DNA of 38,194 nucleotides from Seison nebaliae (Eukaryota): NCBI GenBank assembly GCA_023231475.1, contig JALJEE010002091.1, positions 1 to 38,194 of the forward strand, read 5' to 3'. Shown piece by piece: positions 21,564 to 33,604 of this stretch (position 1 is its first letter; each line of letters starts with the position of its first letter). The notes under the pieces were generated by a model. It saw only the letters and a program-made list of their open reading frames with translations, ran no database searches and was not told where the DNA came from. The position numbers and the translations under genes were made by a program.

Positions 21564-24500
21564 TTACGCTCGTTCAATGATCAATTCATATTCGTGATCG
21601 AACCCGATATATGTTGACGAGAATATGGTCAAGCCATACTCACCATAACCGTCGAATGGAAACGAAAGATTCATTCTTTTTATTTTCGTTAAATCTTTAC
21701 CTGAATCGAATAAAGAAATTTGATGTAATGTATAAAATGAATAAACTTCTTTTCAGTGTCAACAATTCGTTCTTTCGAGAAATGATGGTAATTGAGGAAT
21801 CGACTTGAGATTTGGGGAAATGGGGCGCGTAAATTTTATGAGGGAAAGAATGTGTTTTGAATTGACTGACTGTGATATTGAGCAATAGATCTTCATCTGA
21901 TTCATCATAAGAGAATTGACAAAAATATCGATTGGAATGTGTGTCGGGACGGAAATTAATTGTCTTTCTCTGATATTTGAGAGTGAAAGAGAATTGTACG
22001 ATGTTGGGCAATTGTTTAACAGCTTCTTCGATCTGAAAACGGAAAATATGAAAATTAAAAAATTTGAAAATATAAAATTTAAAAATAAAAATATGAAAAT
22101 TTAAAAATTAAAAATAAAAAAATTTGAAAATATAAAATTTGAAAATTAAAAATATGAAAATTAAAAAATTTGAAAATTAAAATATGAAAATTAAAAAAAA
22201 AAAATTTGAAAATTAAAAAATTTGAAGAAAAATTTGAAGATTAAAAATATGAAAATTAAAATATGAAAATTAAAAATTTTCAAATAAAAATATGAAAATA
22301 AAAAAATTTGAAAATATAAAATTTGAAAATAGAAATATGAAAATTAAAAATTTAACCTCTCTCACTTCACGTTTGGAGAATGATGGGAAGATGTAAGATA
22401 AATTGAATTTTGATGATTTATTTCCTTCCAAGAATAATTTGAGGGCTGGTAATGAATTGATGTTATTTTTTAGGAGAGTATGTAAATGTTGAGTTTCGAT
22501 ATGAGGCATCGTCAATAAATCGGAAGTATTCAACCAACTTGCTTGTATTAATGTTTGTTGAATATAAATACAATTAATTGCCACATCTAACCATCCTTCC
22601 AATACCACCAAATCCAAAAGTCCTTGTGCCACACGAAGTGCGTTATCGAGAACCGTTTTCAAATCCGTTTTATAATCGGATGATGGCATTTCGGAATGTG
22701 AGAGATGAGCTTGTAATAGAATGAATGCTTTCGTATTTGAATTATCATATTTCAACGGATTAATTTCATAAGGAAGTTCTCGAGCTAATTCCTGATTTAA
22801 AGTATCTTCATTATGACGAACGGGTAATTCATTGAATTCTGTTGCGTCACATAATAATTCGAGAAGATGTCGATATGTCATTTGGGAATTAATTCTCGAT
22901 TTAAATATTCGAAGTGTGATATGTTTCAAATAATAATATGAAGCGATATGACCAGAAGATGTTGGATATAAATAATCGATAATTTCATTATTTTCATTCT
23001 CTTTCGATTCTTCAATTTCAATACATTCACTTTCCTTCAATTTCTCACAAGAATCATTTATAAGTCTTGTTAAATATTCATCGATTGTTTCATCTTCTAA
23101 ACATAATTCATAATATAACGGATTATTTATGAGACGACGATAAAAATAAGTCCAAGTCAAATATTTTAATGCTGATTGTTTACTCGTGATGGTTTGAGCG
23201 GCGATTTCTGCATTCAAATGATCCGGCAACACTTCCAATAATGACGATTCAATTGGAAATGGTTCGTGGAGGAATTTCTGATAAAATTGTTTCTTTATAT
23301 CATGTACCATGACAACAGCGATTCCTTCACGATCAGTGAATTGAGGACGACCAGCACGACCGATCATTTGAAGAACGTCGGTTATTGGGAAATCAACATA
23401 TCGATGACTTTTTCCATCATAATATTCTGTACCTTTTACAATGACGAGATGTGCTGGATAATTAACTCCCCAAGCAAGTGTGGATGTCGCCACGAGTATT
23501 TGAATTTTCTGTTCAACAAATAATCGTTGAACGATATCTCGATCTGATGATACCAAACCGGCATGATGAATTCCCACTCCAAATCGAATAATTGTCTGTA
23601 AAGTGGAATCATGAATTAACGACAAAATTTCATCCAATTCCTCTTTGCACATTTTCATCCAAGATGATGTCCCACTATCTGATGTGAGTGCCGCTTTTTG
23701 TGTCATCAAATCCATCGCTGTAATTCTCGTTTGACGACGAGACGAGACGAAAATTAAAACCGGTTCATTTGGGCCATGAATTTGAATGTTTTTAAAACAA
23801 GGACGATTCATCGATGCCATTCGAGGACAATAATTCTTCCCGGAAAAACCTTCAATATGGATTTGTAACGGAATTGGACGAACGGCAGGACGGAAATTAT
23901 AGAGACCTGGTTTACCATCAGTAATTCCTAACCAATTAGCGAGATCGTGAGGATTAGCTAAAGCTGTTGATAATCCCACCACACGAATCTTTTTACCGGT
24001 TTGTTGAGATATGAAATTCGTTCGACTAACAATCACTTCCAAAACCGGTCCACGATCTTCCCCTAAAATATGAATTTCGTCAATCACTAAAAGAATGACT
24101 GATTGAACGAAGGAACGTTGTTGCCATGAACGTGAAACGGCGTCCCATTTCTCTGGAGTCGTTACAATAATTCTCGATCGTCGAACCAAATCCATATCGG
24201 GTGTGCTATCACCGGTCATTTCGACGACGCCGATATTTTTCGGTAGTCGTTTCTTCCAATCCAAATAACGTTCTCTCGCTAACGCTTTCAATGGGGCGAT
24301 ATATACAATCCGTTTATTCTTATCAGGTTGATGATAAATGGCGTGGAAAATGGCTAATTCCGCCGCTACCGTTTTACCTGATCCAGTTGGTGCACCGACA
24401 AGTGCATTATAATTGGTGTGATAAAGAGTGTGAAATATTTGTGTTTGAATTGGATTGAAGAAATCGAACGAATACATTTCTTCAATCGCTTTCGGTAAAT

Positions 24501-27500
24501 TGAGAACTTGTTTCGGTAAACATTGAAGTAACAATAATTCCGTATGACAATTAACTTCATTTGGTAATTTCAATAAATGGAAATCGATCGAATGAACAAC
24601 ATCACGACCCACCCAATTGTCACTCATACAACGCACACAATAATGTGTTCCATCCCTCTTGGGGCCCATTCGTAAGGGAATTGTAAAAATTAATTGAAGT
24701 TCCTCATTCCTCTTCACTTGTTCGCGTGTGATGGAGAAATGTTCATGATGATAAATACAAGTCGTCTGGAAATCTTCAATCCAAAACCAGAATCCTTGAG
24801 ATTTCCCATGGAATCGATCATTCCATTCGAAATCACCAAAAAAATTGATAGTAATTCGAAGAATCGATGGTGTGACCGGTTGAATTTTCGTCTCCAATTT
24901 CAACGAGGGAATATATCGACCTAATAATTTCACTGTCGCTCCAATATGTGGTCGATCGAGCATCGCTGAAATTTCCGTTTTCTCCATATCGCTAATTCGA
25001 TCTAATGTCATTTTTTTATTTTCTAATTTTTTACAAATTTCAAACGAAATATCTCTCGGCATAAATTGTCGTAATGGATGTTCATGATTCCATAAACGTT
25101 TCTCTATCAATTTACACATGTTCAGAGTGACGGCGGCGAATTGTGGCCAATTTTTACTGAGTGCCATTTCAAAATAAGCACGAGCGATTCGACCCAAATT
25201 CGGTTTGATATATGAACAATCACTAATGAGAGAGAATGAACGAATATAACTTTCGCCACGTCCGATGATTAATTGAATTAATGTATTCACTTTTCTACCA
25301 TCATCAGAACCGGCGAAAAAATGTTCCACTTCATGTTCACAACATTCGTCTCTCAATTGTTCAATTTCATCACCTTCATCTTCTCGTTGACGTAATTGTT
25401 TGAATTCATGTGATGCCGATAATAAGCCTAACATTTTCTCACAACTCAACAAATCATCATCTTTCATCAAATCATTAAATGTACAAATAGTTTCATAAGA
25501 AATGTAATATAAAGCTGCGGTTCTTCCGACGGCGGTGGATGATAGATATTGAGATTTTTGATCGAATCGAATCATTTGACTTTTATCCAAATCAACTGCC
25601 GCTTTAATTATCATTCGTTCTTTAAGTTTTGATAAATCAGGATCGAATTTAATATCAGCTAATGTCATACCATATAACATGGGATTCTTTCTCATTCGAA
25701 CTTGAAGATAAGTGTAAGAGAGCCAATGAACAGCTTCGGTGACAGATGAAACTGTTCCCAAACTAATTTCTCCATTCAATTTATCGACTAATGTTGAGAG
25801 TAATTTGGATTCGATAGGATTTTGTCTCAATAATAATCGAATATAATTATAAAGATTTGAATAATCTGTTATAATTATTCCATATCCTTCACTGTCATAT
25901 TGAGGACGACCGGCACGTCCGAAAATTTGAAGAACGTCCAAAATACTCAATTGTTCAAATTGACCACTATCCTGATTATAAACATCAGTTCCTTTAATAA
26001 TTACCGTATGAACAGGTAAATTAACACCCCAAGCCAAAGTGGCTGTACAAGCGAGAAGACGAATATATCCATTTCGGAAAGCATTTTCTACTGCCGTACG
26101 ATCACTCCTTACTAATCCTGCATGATGGACAGCCATTCCATATTGAAATAATTCTCCCAATTTCCGATTATGATTTTCGAAATATTTTAGTGCCGATCGA
26201 TATCCAACATGAGTGACATTTTCATATTTAAATAATTCCATATTTGAATCTATTTGAATTAATTCAATTAATTTCTCGATCGTTTTCACTGTGGCATTTC
26301 TCGAATGGACAAATATCATCACTTGATGTCCTTGTCGCATATTATACAACGCTTTCTCATAACATTGACGGACCATTTCCATTTCTTTTAAATGGAAATT
26401 TTTCGTTCGAATTCCAATAAATGTTTGAGAAAGAGGTACTGGACGGAAACGATCGTCAAAGAAAAATAATCCTTTCATCGGATTCACATGAAGGAATTCT
26501 GCTACATCCAAATAATTTGGTAATGTCGCCGATAATCCGACAAGACGGATATGTGTCTGTCTCGATTCCACTGTCCTCAAAGTACGAGCAACAATCGCTT
26601 CAATAACAGCACCACGAACTTCATGTAACAAATGAACTTCGTCAATTATCAACAATTTTATCTCTAATTGTAATCCAGGTTTTCTGGTAACAACGTCCCA
26701 TTTTTCCGGTGTCGTTACAAGTACCCACGATTCCAATAATTCCATTTGAGTCAATTGAATATCTCCTGTCCATTCTCTCACCCATTTCTCCGCTCGACGT
26801 TTCCTTTCTTTATCACTCATCGTTTCTGGTACCAAATAAAAAAACCGTTTTCGAAATGTCTCCACCATCTCACGAGCCAAAGCTTTCATAGGAGCGATAT
26901 AAACAATTTTGAATTGTGCTGGGAATTCTTGACGACGAACTTCATTGGCAATAGCCAACATAGCAATATTGGTCTTTCCTGCACCAGTCGGTGCACAAAT
27001 TAATAAATTTTCGATGGAATTAAATGCCGCATCAAATACAACACTTTGAATACGATTTAATTTTTTTATTTCTGAAAATAATTTTTTCCCATGTTCATCT
27101 TCAATTTCATCAGTTTTTTTCCATCCTTCCGTCAATCCAACAATAATATCCAATTCTTTATCTTTCATCGCTTTATCTTTATTCTCTCCAATTGATGGTA
27201 ATGTGATCTCTTCATATTCAGGATGTTCGTAACGTAAATGGTTGCTAGGCAACGACAATTTATTTCGATTTATTGTTACATCTTGAAATTTCTCTTGACG
27301 GAAACGATCCCAAACAAACGGATAACTTATCGTTTTCTCATTCAATTTTCTTTCTTGTAAATCACGAATCATCATATCTCCCTCCATATTATCGATCTTG
27401 ATGACGCGATCTTCTTTTTTTTTCCGATAATCAAAATCATCATATTCAGCAACTGAAAATCCGATGCATTTCTTTTTATTTCGTCTTTTTTTCGATTTGC

Positions 27501-28392
27501 TATGATCTGGTGGTGGTGGTGAAGAAAGTTTTTTAAGATGGGAAATCGATTTATCCACATCATCAATTAATGACATGAAATAATCGACATGATCAAAACC
27601 ATAAAATTCCATTAATTTCGTCATCATTGAATCCTTATCAAAATTATTATCTAATTCATAGATCATATGTTTCATCACTTCTTTTTGAGACATTCCCAAA
27701 TTATTTGATAGTTTTTTGATATTTTCTCTACTCACATTCTCATTTAAACCAGAACCATCATCAGGTTCTTCATCGAGACTTCGTATAAATTTCTCTTGTG
27801 CAATCTCCAACAAATCATTCGTCACCACTTCCAAATCACTTTCATATCCATTATATTTTCCAATATCATTCATTCCATTATCATTACCGACGATTTCTAT
27901 CGTTAAATTATCTTTTTCTTTTTTTTCATCTTCTTCATTCATCGTCGTCGTTGTTGTTGTTGTTGTTGTTGCTGTTGAATTGTTAACATATTTATTATTT
28001 AGTTGTTTTTCATTAATTCCATCGTCGATAAAATGGCGATAGAGATCGAGAACATCATTCAAATTCTCTTCCAATTCCCTCAAATTTTCACTTTTCTTTA
28101 TATGTGTCAACAACACATTGATATCGGTCATGATCTTGGTAATAACCCCGAAAGGGAATGCACCGATTTTCTTTTTTATTAATGTGTGTATTCTTCCGTC
28201 ATCATTCTTCGTCTTGTCATCGTATAAAAGTGAAATGAAGAAGAGATATACATCTTTATCATCCAAATTCTTCTTTTTAATATTTGGCAAATTCTGCACC
28301 GCCGTATGAATCTCATCGAACGTATTGTCCAATTCACTCGCCATTAACAACACGTACAATTCATCGAACACTTCCTCTGGTGAATATTTCAT
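21564..28392 (-). CDS. ASCC3: Activating signal cointegrator 1 complex subunit 3 (tandem Ski2-like helicase/Sec63 cassettes)
   Basis: Two cassettes (APTGAGKT/DEVH and APTGSGKT/DEIH; TLAWGVNxPxH; GRAGRPQ; ELPVRHNED). Exons 28392-22357, 22032-21747, 21700-21564; C-terminus APHFPK...LLTLKR...STYIGFDHEY. First in-frame ATG is 28392; the true start may differ. Confidence 0.92.
22043..22353. repeat. Degenerate A/T minisatellite (AAAATATGAAAATTAAAAAATTTG-like units) filling ASCC3 intron 22033-22356
   Basis: Recurrent units aaaatatg / aaaatt / aaaaaatttg across ~310 nt, essentially lacking C on the + strand. Confidence 0.85.
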
Positions 28393-28856
28393 TCTCCTCT
28401 TAATATTCACCAAATATTATTTCAATTTGTTTTTCAGTTCTCGTTTAAAATTTTGAATTATTTAATTTTTTTTTAGTTTACAAAAATTCTTTTTCTTCAA
28501 TTCAAAATTCTCGTCAATAGACAAATTTCTTTAATCGTCTTTCGCAATGAACAAATCTTCTCTCACAATTTCACAATATCATTAGAAAGATTGATCTCGA
28601 TCTGGTTTCTTGTGGAGTTAAAGCTCTTCATTTAATCTTAATCATTTCTCCATTCGAACATTTGTCGATAGATAAGAAATTCATTTTCAAATTTTCCAAA
28701 TTCACATTTTCCTCATTGAACAAATACAGAGACATCATCATAACAGACGAAATACCATTCGTGACATTTCAGTCTCCACAACCTCTCAACATTTTCAAAT
28801 ATAAAAGAATTAGGATAATTTCCTATTTTTCTTATCATCAATTGAAATGACTTGAA

Positions 28857-29801
28857 ATGAGATTTGTTTTCGGAATAATCTCTCGTCAATTAAGAGTGAA
28901 TAGTTTGAGGAATTATGGAAATAATCCAATTCATGCATTATGTGTGGGGAAGCGAATGGATTTGGATGAGTTGAAAGAACGATATGAAAACGATTCCGTC
29001 TATCACATCCAATCGTTACCAATCGACGTTGTTGATTGTGTGTCATTAATACCGAAATATGATTCACCATCACACACCTCCCACAACATTGACAAAAGAC
29101 AAATTTTCGTTTTTAATTCCGGATGTATCGTTCTCTGGAATATCACATCACCGGAACGATATACTTTGATCACAGATATATCGAAATTCTGTCGAGGAAC
29201 ATATTCATCAGGATTAGTCGCACAGGAAATTGAACATTCCAAATTATCATATTGGACCACATCGAAAAATGATGGAAATGAAGAATGTTATTTGTCTGAT
29301 GATACTCTGCATTTTCAAATGGATCGGATGAATTCTAATCGATATCATTTATACAAATATGCCTTTTCTCATTCGATGGCGTCGTCTGTCAAACTGGGCA
29401 TTTGGGAACGACAATTAGAGAAGGAGATTAATTCACTTGATAAATTAGCAGTCAGTTGGAGACAAGGAACTGAACATGGGGTAGATCGTCGAAATACATC
29501 AAGATCATTAGGAAGATTATTTCATTTGAAAAATGCGATTAATCTCCGATCGGAATTATTAGATATTCCTGATTTTATTTGGGATCGAGAATATTTGGAG
29601 GATGTGTATCTTCAATTCTCTCGTCATTATCGTTTACGACGGAGAACATATGTGGTCAATTCGAAATTGGATCATTCTATTGAACTGCTCAATATGTTAC
29701 ATCAACAATTGAATGATGCACATCACGTTAAGTTGGAAAGAATGATCATATTTTTAATTGCAATTGAAATATTAATACCATTTATCATGTTACATAAATA
29801 A
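28857..29801 (+). CDS. RMND1: Required for meiotic nuclear division protein 1 homolog (DUF155, mitochondrial)
   Basis: IFVFNSGCIVLWN, YAFSHSMASSVKLGIWE, INLRSELLDIPDFIWDRE.LE..Y, LERMIIFLIAIE; basic N-terminus consistent with a mitochondrial presequence. Intronless. Confidence 0.92.
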   Translation: MRFVFGIISRQLRVNSLRNYGNNPIHALCVGKRMDLDELKERYENDSVYHIQSLPIDVVDCVSLIPKYDSPSHTSHNIDKRQIFVFNSGCIVLWNITSPERYTLITDISKFCRGTYSSGLVAQEIEHSKLSYWTTSKNDGNEECYLSDDTLHFQMDRMNSNRYHLYKYAFSHSMASSVKLGIWERQLEKEINSLDKLAVSWRQGTEHGVDRRNTSRSLGRLFHLKNAINLRSELLDIPDFIWDREYLEDVYLQFSRHYRLRRRTYVVNSKLDHSIELLNMLHQQLNDAHHVKLERMIIFLIAIEILIPFIMLHK

Positions 29802-30086
29802 CAATTATCCATTCATTTTATTATTATTTTTTTGAAAAAAATAAAAATTTAAATTCCATTCAAAATATGTGCACTCGTTTCTCCCATTGATTGTGTCTCA
29901 ATGGAATGGTGATGTTCATTTTGCTTACTTGTTCAAGTTAAGTTGAGTTCGATAGTATAGAAGTTATGATGTTGTTCATAAATAAATTTGTTATTAATTC
30001 CCTCATACATATATACTCTCTACATTATTTACTTACCATACATGACAGGATAAAAGGACGGAAGAAAAGTTCATTCTCTTTATCAC

Positions 30087-33000
30087 ATGACATCGTCAAC
30101 TTCGAATAAGTCGTCGTTGAAGAACACGAAACTTCATGTTGACGCTTTCGGCCTGTTATCTGATGAGAATAATTTAATTGAAGAAGAAATCGATATTGAT
30201 GATATTTCATCATTTCCTTTTTTCCAAAAAGTTATTTCTATAATTTTCTTGTACTCTCATCCAATTTAAATAGGGTCGCGAAATACAAAGTCATCATGAC
30301 AACCATCAATTTAGTGAAAAGGAAAGGAAATTATTGTTCACTTATGAAAGTCTCGATTATCTTCCCACCAATTCGTTAGTGCAACGCAATTGGCTCCAAT
30401 GCCAGAAGAGGAATGTTTGGGAAAGATGGATTGTCATGTTCCTTATCGGTCTAGTTGTCGGTCTTATCGGCTTTCTACTCCATGAAGGAATTGAGACGTT
30501 AAATGATGTGAAATGGAAATGGACAAAACATTTCTTGGAGATTGGAGGAATTCAATCACTCACTGCTTGGGGTGTTGCCATCGCTCATGGAATACCTTTA
30601 ATTATCATATCTTCTTCTCTTGTCACCGTTTAAATTTTGAAATTTAAAAAAAAAATACATTAAAAATCTTCAAATTAAAAGTTCGTTTGTAAACCAGCAA
30701 GTGGTAGTGGTATGCCGGAGATTATCGCGTTCCTTAATGGAACAATTATTCGATATATTTTCAATGTAAAAACTTTAGTCACTAAATTCTTCTCATGCAT
30801 TTTGGCCGTTGGTAGCGGTTTACCAGTGGGACCTGAAGGCCCAATGATCCACATGGGGTTCCTCTTATTTATCCAATTTTCGTTATCCATTTTATGATGT
30901 TAGAGCTATGATTGGTGCGGGTGTTAGTCAATTCCGTTCATCGACCATGCAATTTTCCTTAGGATTCTTCGAACGGTTCCGTAACACAGAAGATCGGTTA
31001 AAATTAAAAATAATTTCAAAATTTTTTTTAACAAAACTTAAATTTTAGGAAAAATTTTATAGCCGCTGGTTCCGCTGCCGGTGTTGCTGCGGCTTTCGGT
31101 GCTCCAGTTGGTGGTCTCCTTTTCGCAATGGAGGAAGTAGCGTCTTTTTGGCATCAAAAATTATCTTGGCAAATTTTCTTCTGTTCAATGATTGCCGCCT
31201 TGACAACCGGATTATTCCGATCATCTTTCGAACATTTCTTACCAGTCAACCGTTTTGGACGATTTATTACTAATCGATACATTTTATTCGAAGTTTCATA
31301 TTAATCATAATTAATTTAATTGAAGATTAATTTATTTTAATTTTAAGATAAATCGATCGGTTGACATTAATCTTCTAACTATTTTACCTGCTATTATTCT
31401 CGGGGTTTTCGGAGGTTCGTTCGGAGCCATATTCACATTTTTCAATTTGAAAATTCGACGTGGAAGGAAATATATTCTCATGTCAATCAAGTCACCTAGT
31501 CGAAGGAATGTTGCAGCGATTAGTGAAGGAATAATTAACATCATCTTATGGATATCATTTTCTATTGGTGTCTCCCTTTTGTGGAAATGTCAAAGTTATG
31601 ATTATAAATGTTTAGATGGCGAATGTATTGAACTCATCAATTATACATGTCCAATATATCAAATGAATCCAAGTTCTTTTTCTTCAATTGTTTTCTCCAT
31701 TTCAAATTATTCTTATAAATTTCTTTTATATGAAGTGGCCACTTTGGTGTGGAGTGGAGGAGATGATATTATAACGAAACTCTTATCAAGAGGTACATCG
31801 GGAATGTTTCCAATTTCAGCTCTCATACCCGTTCTCGTCGTTTATTTTATATTAAGTTGTTTTGCCGCTGGTTCTCATATCGCGTCAGGTATCGTAGTTC
31901 CTATGCTGTTTGTTCTTTTCTTTTCATTTTCAAAAATTAAATTTATTTCAATTCAAAATTATTTAAATTCCAATAGAATAATTGGGAGTTTATACGGAAG
32001 AATTTTAGGAGAGATAATGGTCAATATTTTTAGTGTCGATTTGAATAATGTTTATTGGGAATGGATGGATCCTGGTGCCATAGCTCTCATTGGTGCCGCA
32101 TCGTTTTTTGGAGGCGTATCACGTTTAACGATGGCAGTTGCCATAATTCTTATCGAGTTAACGAACGATGTGAAATTCCTTTTACCAATTATGATTAGTA
32201 TTATGGTGTCTAAATGGATCAGTGATCAGATAACACATCCATTATATCATGCTATTCTGGAAATTAAATGTATTCCATATCTGCCATCAGAACCATTCAT
32301 TTCCAAGAAGGTTCGATGCGAAAAAACTGGAATTAGTTCGAAATATGCTGATTCTTTATCAGTCTCAAATTTCATGATACAGAACGTCATTTGTATCCGT
32401 CAATATGAATCTATCGAACGATTAAAAGTCATTCTTTATAGTACGACTCATGGCGCCTTTCCTGTTGTGACGAATGCATCAAATTATTTCATCGGAAATA
32501 TTAGTCGGTTTTATTTTTTCTTTTTCTCATTATAGAAATTTTTCATGTTTTTTTCTCCAAAGATTGGAATTACTTCATTTATTGGTAGACGATAAGAATT
32601 ATATTGAAAAATCATTCAAAGATTATTTAGATGAAATCGAATCGCATAATAAATCGAGTGAAATTAATGAGAATAATCTACTTCAATCAGATATCCAGAA
32701 ATTCAATCATATTCTCAAATCACAACTTGGTCGTCTACTTGGCCCGAAAGATGTTTTAAATCTTTTTATATTTTAAATTAAATTATTTAATTTCTTTAAA
32801 ATTTCCTTTTTTCAGTTGGTACAAGAGAGATTACAGAGCAAAGATTCCTTCGCAATGAAATTATCGACAATTTATAATAAATTTCCAGTGAAAGACGATA
32901 ACAGAGAAACGAGTCACTCAGTCCACTATTTATTCAACACCGATATCACTTCGCCTTTCATCGATTTAACAATTTATATAAATCTCTCCCAACCGACAGT

Positions 33001-33154
33001 TCTCTCACACTGGTCGTTAAGGAGAGCTTTTCTTCTCTTCCAATCTTTCGGTCTCCGTCATCTTTACGTGACGGATATGCAGAATCGTGTATGTGGAGTC
33101 CTAACAAGAACTACTCTAATGGGTAGCGAATTGGAGAGGAATGTGTTCGATTAA
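30087..33154 (+). CDS. CLC family Cl-/H+ transporter (ClC-6/7-related, GPEGP type) with CBS domains; 10 exons
   Basis: YESLDY, GSGMPE, VGPEGPMIH, AAGVAAAFGAPVGGLLFAMEE, GIVVP, FFGGVSRLT, HPLYH, CBS motifs HGAFPVV and GLRHLYV. Intron donors at about 30231, 30628, 30858, 30997, 31293, 31673, 31908, 32508 and 32753. Confidence 0.93.
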
Positions 33155-33306
33155 TCTTCAAATTTATCTTAAATTATTTGAAAATAAAAATGATTTATTG
33201 ATCAATTATTCAGAAAAAAAGTGACAGTCCATTCCAAAAGAAAACTAAAATAAAAGAAAGAAAATTGAATATTTCTTTAGAAAACCACATCGAATCATCA
33301 TTCCTC

Positions 33307-33549
33307 TTATTTCCTCCCCCAAAATGATGGTTCAGTTTTCTCCCGTTTCTCTTCCACCATCTCCGTTTTGTATTCATCTTGTTCTTCTTTCAGTTCGATC
33401 ATTTCCTCTTTCGTTCCTCCCATAAAACGTTTCGAGCGTAACGATTGAATAAACGAAGCCGCTTCACTATCCGTCAATTCACTCTTAACACGATAACTCA
33501 ACAAGATGACGACGAAAGTACACAACATTATCAAACATTGGAAATTCAT
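33307..33549 (-). CDS. Small secreted prepropeptide: signal peptide, propeptide, RSKR site, Glu-rich peptide, GRK amidation signal
   Basis: MNFQCLIMLCTFVVILLSYRVKS-ELTDSEAASFIQSL-RSKR-FMGGTKEEMIELKEEQDEYKTEMVEEKREKTEPSFW-GRK*; single exon with an upstream TATA box. Confidence 0.85.
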   Translation of the reverse strand: MNFQCLIMLCTFVVILLSYRVKSELTDSEAASFIQSLRSKRFMGGTKEEMIELKEEQDEYKTEMVEEKREKTEPSFWGRK

Positions 33550-33596
33550 GATTGTAAATGTGAATAGATGGAATTGGTGGAAAGATTTTCGTTCTG

Positions 33597-33604
33597 TATT
33601 TATA
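33597..33604 (-). promoter_or_regulatory. Putative TATA box of the prepropeptide gene
   Basis: TATAAATA on the minus strand, about 48 nt upstream of the ATG; the AT-rich background lowers certainty. Confidence 0.5.

Noticed and set aside
21697..22011. ORF 21697-22011 as an independent gene
   Set aside because: It is the penultimate ASCC3 exon, in phase across intron 22033-22356.
22043..22353. CRISPR-like array or transposon
   Set aside because: No unique spacers, terminal repeats or target-site duplication; eukaryotic intronic low-complexity repeat.
27944..27973. (ACA/ACG)n poly-Thr tract in ASCC3
   Set aside because: Ordinary coding microsatellite in a variable N-terminal linker.
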